The notes under the pieces are model-generated. The model ran no database searches, had not been told where the DNA came from, and saw only the letters and a list, made by a program, of their open reading frames with translations. Made by a program: the position numbers and the translations under genes. A DNA stretch of 64,000 nucleotides. Source: a virus. Shown here piece after piece: positions 57,928 to 64,000 of this stretch (position 1 is its first letter; the number at the start of each line of letters is the position of its first letter). Where the stretch lies: the IMG/VR virus record IMGVR_UViG_3300025449_000010, positions 1 to 64,000 of that record; one strand, written 5' to 3'.

Positions 57928-60099
57928 ATGGCAGATGCCACTAATTCTCAGGTTGCGCCTGGTGCTGCTTTAAATATAATTTGGAGTTCAGTTCTAACTG
58001 GTGTACCTATGTATGGTACAAGTTCTGGCGGTAGCTACACTTCAACAAATCAAACACTAACTTTAAATACATCAACCACTCCACAAACGGTAAATCCACC
58101 AACCAGTGTAGTTAAGAATCAACCAGGCATTACTTTTAAATATGGAACTAATACGTGGTATATGGTTCTTCAACCTGCAATGGATCCTGTACTGCCAATG
58201 CAGGGATCTAGGGGCGCTCCCGGTGCCGCCGCAGGTGGAATAGTAGTTAAGGCTAAACCACTAATAGCCCGTCATGTGATACCAGGCTTTGGACCAATAA
58301 TTCAGCATCTAGGTGTCTATAGCACTATAGTTTCCTTCGTAGGAGCATTCGTGGGTTATGAAGGAACTAACCAGAATAATATATCAGAATTCTATACCTA
58401 TCCATCCAGTGTTAATTGGCAATCTAATTCTAATTTAAGCTCAGCTATAGTAGTAGATAGTTATGGAGCTTTTACTACATTCTGGAATGGAGTAGTTAAA
58501 AGCGGTTATCAACTTCAAGTAACTATCGCAACTAACACTATACTGAATGGCAGCAGTTTTAAAGAAAATAGTCTAAGAGATTCAACTGGACAACCTAACT
58601 TTATTGGATACATTTCTAAAATGGAAGCTATGTATGTCAGAGATGACTTAACATGGTACAACATAGACATAGAAGTAGTTGATCAACCTAATGCTATTCC
58701 CGTGCAGTTGCCTGCCTGTAAAAACAGTAGCATTAGTAGTAATGATGTAAACAACGTTTCTAATAGTATTTGTTCTACTGATCCTAGCTTAGGAGAAAAA
58801 GCTCTAAGATGCTATTTAGATCAATGTAAAGCAGTAAAATTAGCAACATTAGCTTCCGATTTAGTAGTAGATGGAGATCCAAAATCACCATATCAAAAGG
58901 CAGTATATAGTGTTTTTTTAATACTAGATACGAGTAAACGAACATTGCCTAAACCTAATAGCGGTAGATTTGGCGGCTCTATTGTTAATTCTATATGGTT
59001 AAGAAATGTTGGAGATGGTTCAATATACACTAGCGATTCTATTGATATTGCTTATATAAAATCCTTATTTGTTAATGTATTAGATGATGATATGACTAAT
59101 TTAATTAACTATAGAAACAATGAAAATAGAATTATATTAACATATGAAAATAGTTCAATAAAAATTAACTTTGACTTTACATATTTAAATCAACAAACAA
59201 GTGGTATTAATTCAAGCGGTAATCTTACTATTTCAAATAGTTATGAAATGACTACAAGTATTTTTAATAATAATTTTATTAATATAAACATTGACAATAA
59301 TTTTTACAATTTTACTAGTTATTTAACATATACTAGTTATAATTATTTAAAACTGGTTAGTTCAGACGCTCAACTACTTGGATTATCTTCTTGTGTCATA
59401 AATAACTCAGACATAAAATTGTTAAATCAAGGCTTACCTGTAGACTCAAAAACAAGTGCAAACCCGACTACTACAGCTTTAAACCCAAATACATGTCCTG
59501 ATGCATTAAAAAACAGCGGCTACTGTACAGCTGTATTTGCAGGTTCATATACATTTTATGTAGCTGGTTCTTGCAGTGCCACAGGACGTATATATGATTC
59601 ATCTGGAAATATAGTATCTTTAAGAGGCAATTTAAGTCCTACAAGTAATGTAGATCCTTTAAATTATTCTAAAAATCAAGCTGAAAATTTCTCATCAGCA
59701 ATTCTTGGCGGTTTTGTTTCTGCTTTAGGTAGAGCAGTATCTGGTTCTTCTAATGAATTTTTAATAGCTAATTATTTTCAAATTAAAAGTGACAATAATG
59801 ATCTTAATAGTTATCCTGGTCTTCAAGTCTTAGCACTTTTTGATGCAAAATCCTCTGATCCAGGAAAAATACAAGCTCATCCATATATTGTAGTTACAGG
59901 AAATAACCCTGGTAAATTTTACGATGGCTATGGTATAGGTGCGACAACTATCTACAATGTTTTAGTCTATACCGACGGTAAAGGTCAGTATTATAAGTAT
60001 AAATCAGATAGCAATAATAATATTACTCTAGACACAGGTCAGGCTTATCAATTTAAAACAGATCCTAACTCTGGACAAACAGGATTGTATCAAATTTAA
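57928..60099 (+). CDS. Virion protein with tail-tube-initiator/GpU-like N-terminal domain
   Basis: IARHVIPGFGPIIQHLG....VSFVGAF and GYISKME...WYNIDIEV resemble tube-initiator folds; AT/Asn-rich central part. Confidence 0.5.
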   Translation: MADATNSQVAPGAALNIIWSSVLTGVPMYGTSSGGSYTSTNQTLTLNTSTTPQTVNPPTSVVKNQPGITFKYGTNTWYMVLQPAMDPVLPMQGSRGAPGAAAGGIVVKAKPLIARHVIPGFGPIIQHLGVYSTIVSFVGAFVGYEGTNQNNISEFYTYPSSVNWQSNSNLSSAIVVDSYGAFTTFWNGVVKSGYQLQVTIATNTILNGSSFKENSLRDSTGQPNFIGYISKMEAMYVRDDLTWYNIDIEVVDQPNAIPVQLPACKNSSISSNDVNNVSNSICSTDPSLGEKALRCYLDQCKAVKLATLASDLVVDGDPKSPYQKAVYSVFLILDTSKRTLPKPNSGRFGGSIVNSIWLRNVGDGSIYTSDSIDIAYIKSLFVNVLDDDMTNLINYRNNENRIILTYENSSIKINFDFTYLNQQTSGINSSGNLTISNSYEMTTSIFNNNFININIDNNFYNFTSYLTYTSYNYLKLVSSDAQLLGLSSCVINNSDIKLLNQGLPVDSKTSANPTTTALNPNTCPDALKNSGYCTAVFAGSYTFYVAGSCSATGRIYDSSGNIVSLRGNLSPTSNVDPLNYSKNQAENFSSAILGGFVSALGRAVSGSSNEFLIANYFQIKSDNNDLNSYPGLQVLALFDAKSSDPGKIQAHPYIVVTGNNPGKFYDGYGIGATTIYNVLVYTDGKGQYYKYKSDSNNNITLDTGQAYQFKTDPNSGQTGLYQI

Positions 60100-60104
60100 T
60101 ATCT

Positions 60105-60437
60105 ATGCGTACTGACTATCCCGTATCTGAAACTACCCTATTAGCTCTCAACTATCCACCCAGTGAGCCTATACATGCTCTGATGTTATCTAATGGCTAT
60201 CTGTGGGCAGATACTACCATACCTGCAGTGAGTATTATCTATATCCTCAATAATGGAACACCTGTCAGCACATCTATAACTGGAATTCAGTTTACATCCA
60301 CACAGTCTATTACATCGGGCGGCACCGTGACTACACAACAGCTTGTCCTACAACCACAGGGCATAACGCTGTCTATTAGTAATATAACGTACCTGCTCCT
60401 GCCCAATGGTCTCAGCTACAGCTCAGCAGCTTCTTAG
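60105..60437 (+). CDS. Hypothetical protein
   Basis: 110-aa ORF in operon. Confidence 0.55.
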   Translation: MRTDYPVSETTLLALNYPPSEPIHALMLSNGYLWADTTIPAVSIIYILNNGTPVSTSITGIQFTSTQSITSGGTVTTQQLVLQPQGITLSISNITYLLLPNGLSYSSAAS

Positions 60438-61425
60438 CCAAGTACAATCCCTAGTTACACCCCTATCTGCATTAACAGTGGATAGTAATGCCAGTGCCCA
60501 GGCGCAGGTAACTCAGAATCAAGACTATCCAAATCGTCCATATAATCCACCCCTATCCTTCCTCTACACCGATACACTGTCAACATTACTGGCTGAAATC
60601 AGTAATAACAACTACATATATGCTGGTCAGATAACCAGACCAGGGACACTGTTAATGCCTGCCCGTACCGCCTACGAGCCGCATCATGTATTTGTCAGTA
60701 GAACTGGATCCTATGCCTACAGGTTCATCTACATACCCCTGAGATTGTTGGCCAACGGCCCTCAGATACTCTCAATTCCAACATGGACATATGACGGTTC
60801 CAGCATCTCTACAGGTACATCCTACAATACTGGCACTATGTTTGCTTCAGATGCCAGTAGCTGGCCGGTTACACATGGTATCTATTGTCAGGACTACTAT
60901 CACCCGCTGGTATTCGGTCTACATTTCACTGGCAATGCTGTAGATATTGCAGGCGGCACTCCGCTCTGGGAATATCAGGACAGACTAGGCTGGCTAGGTG
61001 ACAGGGGTACCCTCTATCTGGATATATATCAACCGCTTGGTATGCGTTTCCCCCTGGGTATACCGATAGGCGGTCAACTGCAGCCAGATCCATCCTACAA
61101 CAGCGGCGAGCTGTACCTACCCAGTAGCGGCTCATATGATTTAATTGGCTACTATAGGGGATACATGACCAATGATACCTATAGTCAGACCACCTACTAT
61201 CTCTACCAGTATCCCGGTGGAGTGTTTCTGAGCAGTGCCGTCCCAATTCCCATACAGATAAATACGGTATGGAATCAGTCTCACACCATATGGAATACAT
61301 CTCAGTGGCAGTGGGGTAATAACACCTATAACCCCCTGTCCAGCGTAATCAGCAGTCTGAGTGGCAGTGAGGCATCTGCTATTACCAGACAATCTGTAAT
61401 TCAAACATGGACGGAGGTGCGCTGA
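60406..61425 (+). CDS. Hypothetical virion-type protein
   Basis: 339-aa Tyr/Gly-rich ORF in operon. Confidence 0.6.
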   Translation: MVSATAQQLLSQVQSLVTPLSALTVDSNASAQAQVTQNQDYPNRPYNPPLSFLYTDTLSTLLAEISNNNYIYAGQITRPGTLLMPARTAYEPHHVFVSRTGSYAYRFIYIPLRLLANGPQILSIPTWTYDGSSISTGTSYNTGTMFASDASSWPVTHGIYCQDYYHPLVFGLHFTGNAVDIAGGTPLWEYQDRLGWLGDRGTLYLDIYQPLGMRFPLGIPIGGQLQPDPSYNSGELYLPSSGSYDLIGYYRGYMTNDTYSQTTYYLYQYPGGVFLSSAVPIPIQINTVWNQSHTIWNTSQWQWGNNTYNPLSSVISSLSGSEASAITRQSVIQTWTEVR

Positions 61426-62129
61426 TGGGAATACTATCCAGTAATTATCAACTGATAGAGATGTATGTAGGTGGCAGCACTGCGCTACAGAACAAGGTAC
61501 CAGACAGCGTCATCATGGAGCTGACCAGGAGACCGCAGGAACAGACCGTTATAGTTAATGCAGCTGCCTATGTCTTCAGTCTGACCTCCCCCTACGGCTA
61601 CGATCCACATATACTCTCAGGCAATATCTATGCTGTCTATAATCAGGCAGGGAGAATGCTCTATCAGGTGGCTGGTCATAACGGCATCTGGGGACGTAAT
61701 GCACTGGACGCTCAGTTGGTATTCGGTAGCCAGCCCTGGGAATACTATTTCGTCAATGCAGGAGGGGGTATTGTATATGGAATACTTCGAGGAGAAGATC
61801 CCATACCCTTGGGCAGCAGTGGGGACACATCAACCTCTCTCAGTAGTGGCAACGGCTGCACCCTGATACTCAGCGGCAGTGGCACAGTCTACGTTCTAGC
61901 TAAGGGTACACGTACCAGCAGCATCTCAGCTGCCATCGTCATGGCACAGGGTAAATCTACTGTCATTACCGGTGCCGCCCCAGTATCAGTGATCATCTCC
62001 AGTGATAGCTGGATATATCTACAGAATGCATCAGGTACGCCCAGTACTGCGATTCTGCCTGGTGATAAGGTAGCCAGTGGGCTATATTTCACCAGAGCCA
62101 GCTCGCCAGATACTGCCATTACCGTTTAA
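61425..62129 (+). CDS. Hypothetical virion-type protein
   Basis: TGATG-coupled start at 61425 (ORF track starts at 61407). Confidence 0.6.
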   Translation: MGILSSNYQLIEMYVGGSTALQNKVPDSVIMELTRRPQEQTVIVNAAAYVFSLTSPYGYDPHILSGNIYAVYNQAGRMLYQVAGHNGIWGRNALDAQLVFGSQPWEYYFVNAGGGIVYGILRGEDPIPLGSSGDTSTSLSSGNGCTLILSGSGTVYVLAKGTRTSSISAAIVMAQGKSTVITGAAPVSVIISSDSWIYLQNASGTPSTAILPGDKVASGLYFTRASSPDTAITV

Positions 62130-62132
62130 TAT

Positions 62133-64000
62133 ATGCAGAAGCAGATAGATATCTCCTCAGGCTTCATGTCACAGTTACTGAAGCTATATCAGAGCGGCAG
62201 TCCTCTCAGTATTGTAGAATTCGTTGAGCAGGTGCTACTGAATGGACAGGTCAATCTATTCCTGGGTCAGAAGATAGTCCTCAAGAGTTTCTACGGTGAA
62301 GAACTCAGCCCAGAGGAGCAGGATACCCTGATTCGCTGGAGGGAGAATGAACAGCGCACCACATGGATACCGGGTAGACAATACAGCAATCTGATTCTGG
62401 AGAGTGGTAGACGCTGTGTGGTGGGGAGTACCATGCTGGCAACTCCCAGCGGACTGCAGCGCATAGATTCCCTGGCATCTGAGACAGGAGCACATATAGA
62501 GACTGTATCTGCCAGGGGCGGCACCGCTGAAATGGTCTACTACTATAATCAGGGCAGACAGAAGACCTACAGACTGGTCACCTCATCTGGACGTACCCTA
62601 CAGGGTACGCCTAATCACCCAGTCATGGTTCAGAGAGATGGCATGTACCTATGGGTACCGCTGAGTGATGTAATTACCAGTGATCAGATATTGATATCCC
62701 GCAGCCACTGCCTGGGCAACGGTGCCGCCTACACCTACTATGAGAATCAACTATGGTCAGACAGTATCTGGAACTACAGCCATGAGAACATCTGCCGTCA
62801 TCTCAGTCGTCAGATAACAGCCAGTCAGAGTGGTGACATCAACAATATCAGAAGCCATAGCTACGAATATATACGCAGACATCAGATACTGGCAACTGCT
62901 GTGGGAATACCCTCCAGCATCATAACCTCCAGGAAGGGGCATCCCCTGACAGACGGTACCTGGATACTCCGCATGGATCCGAAGTGGCGGGCACGGGTAC
63001 TGAATAAGCGAGGCAGCGGACTGGATGAATGGGTAGAACAGGTATCCAGTGTCACCTATGCAGGCTACGAGAATGTCTACGATATCCATGTACCTGGCGA
63101 TCATGCCTTCTGGGGAGATGGTTTCATCAATCACAACAGCGGTAAGAGCATGCTGGTCAGTGCAGTAGTTCTCTATGAGTTCTATAATCTGATTACACTG
63201 AACTCACCTGCCAAGCACTACGGTCTGGTACCCTCAGATCCCATACATATATTCGTAATTGCCCAGTCAGCAGAACAGGTCAAGGAAACCCTCTTCGCTA
63301 AGATAATAGGCTATGCCAGTGAGAGTATGCTCTTCCAGTCCCTGGCTAAGAGCGGCGAGATAGAGATGCTGGCAACTGAAATTCGCTGTCCCGGGAAGAA
63401 TGTGGCTATCTCAGCTAAGCATAGCCGCTCACAGTCCCTGGTCGGCTATAACCTCAAGCTCTTCGTACTGGATGAGGCATCACGGTTCGAGACCAATGAA
63501 CTGGGTGTCAATACAGCAGATACCCTCTTCGATAACGTGGGTAAGGCAGTCAGCACCTTCGGTAAACATGGCAAGAGAGTCATGATCTCCAGTGCCTGGT
63601 GTGAGGGCGACCCCATCCAGCGTGCCTATGACCACTGTCACAGGGATCCCTACAGTCTGGGAATGAGACTGACCACATGGCATCTCAATCACAGCCCCAA
63701 TGTAGCCAGAGATAGTCCACAGATAGTGTCAGACTACCTGAAGAACGAACAACTAGCCCGACTGGAATATGAGGGCATCCGCCCCAGTGCCAGCGGTGGT
63801 ATGTTCACCACGGATATGATTGACAGCTGCACCACTGGACATTCCATGGTAGATACTGCAGCCACTGACCTGGATGTCAGGGGACCTGAGGAGACCAGGA
63901 GGTACGTGGGAATTAATATACTGAGATGTGAACCCAGTCAGGGACCTGGCTATGGGCACATAGACTATGGACTCAAGCGAGACAACTGCGCCTTCGCCTT
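62133..64000 (+). CDS. terL: Terminase large subunit (intein-containing), truncated by the window edge
   Basis: My translation from ATG 62133: LFLGQKIVLK, LILESGRR^SGKS split Walker A, IAQSAEQV, LVGYNLKLFVLDEASRF Walker B, MISSA, EY and GHIDYG nuclease start; missing from the ORF track, presumably because it runs off the window end. Confidence 0.9.
   Translation, partial: MQKQIDISSGFMSQLLKLYQSGSPLSIVEFVEQVLLNGQVNLFLGQKIVLKSFYGEELSPEEQDTLIRWRENEQRTTWIPGRQYSNLILESGRRCVVGSTMLATPSGLQRIDSLASETGAHIETVSARGGTAEMVYYYNQGRQKTYRLVTSSGRTLQGTPNHPVMVQRDGMYLWVPLSDVITSDQILISRSHCLGNGAAYTYYENQLWSDSIWNYSHENICRHLSRQITASQSGDINNIRSHSYEYIRRHQILATAVGIPSSIITSRKGHPLTDGTWILRMDPKWRARVLNKRGSGLDEWVEQVSSVTYAGYENVYDIHVPGDHAFWGDGFINHNSGKSMLVSAVVLYEFYNLITLNSPAKHYGLVPSDPIHIFVIAQSAEQVKETLFAKIIGYASESMLFQSLAKSGEIEMLATEIRCPGKNVAISAKHSRSQSLVGYNLKLFVLDEASRFETNELGVNTADTLFDNVGKAVSTFGKHGKRVMISSAWCEGDPIQRAYDHCHRDPYSLGMRLTTWHLNHSPNVARDSPQIVSDYLKNEQLARLEYEGIRPSASGGMFTTDMIDSCTTGHSMVDTAATDLDVRGPEETRRYVGINILRCEPSQGPGYGHIDYGLKRDNCAFA
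62415..63137 (+). mobile_element. Intein (241 aa) in the terminase Walker A motif, homing endonuclease degenerate
   Basis: Begins CVVGSTML; block B GTPNHPV; ends VYDIHVPGDHAFWGDGFINHN followed by +1 Ser; no intact LAGLIDADG motif. Confidence 0.93.

Larger units (their letters stand above)
774..62729. repeat. Dispersed, highly iterated octamer GYGCCGCC / GGCGGCRC
   Basis: At least 57 copies counted by eye on both strands (e.g. 1156, 10390, 17669, 20261, 35270, 44530, 53983, 62722). Confidence 0.85.

Noticed and set aside
1-64000. tRNA/rRNA genes, integrase, reverse transcriptase/DGR, transposase
   Set aside because: No recognisable motifs or TR/VR repeat pair seen by eye; a covariance-model search would be needed to exclude small RNAs

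Overview
The window holds most of the virion-morphogenesis region of a large myovirus-like (contractile-tail) temperate phage that probably persists as a plasmid. The host is probably cyanobacterial, inferred from the ParA and DNA-binding-protein sequence types. It encodes a portal, two tandem Mu-type prohead proteases, major capsid, tail sheath and tube, baseplate, cell-wall hydrolases, DUF4815-like tail proteins and, at the right edge, an intein-containing large terminase. Four features stand out. (1) A 4393-aa protein carries motifs of both double-psi-beta-barrel halves of a two-barrel RNA polymerase (DYDGD), plus a PLD-type HxK pair and a PD-(D/E)xK-like motif. It lies next to a frameshifting tail-assembly-chaperone pair, so it may be a tape-measure-fused virion RNA polymerase. 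(2) A ParA-TrfA-iteron plasmid replicon sits in the middle of the tail operon. (3) A non-palindromic octamer, GYGCCGCC, occurs at least 57 times on both strands and in different frames. (4) Iron/redox genes (Dps, HiPIP-like domain, flavin monooxygenase) are embedded in the head and baseplate modules. All family assignments are by motif recognition by eye; no database searches were run.
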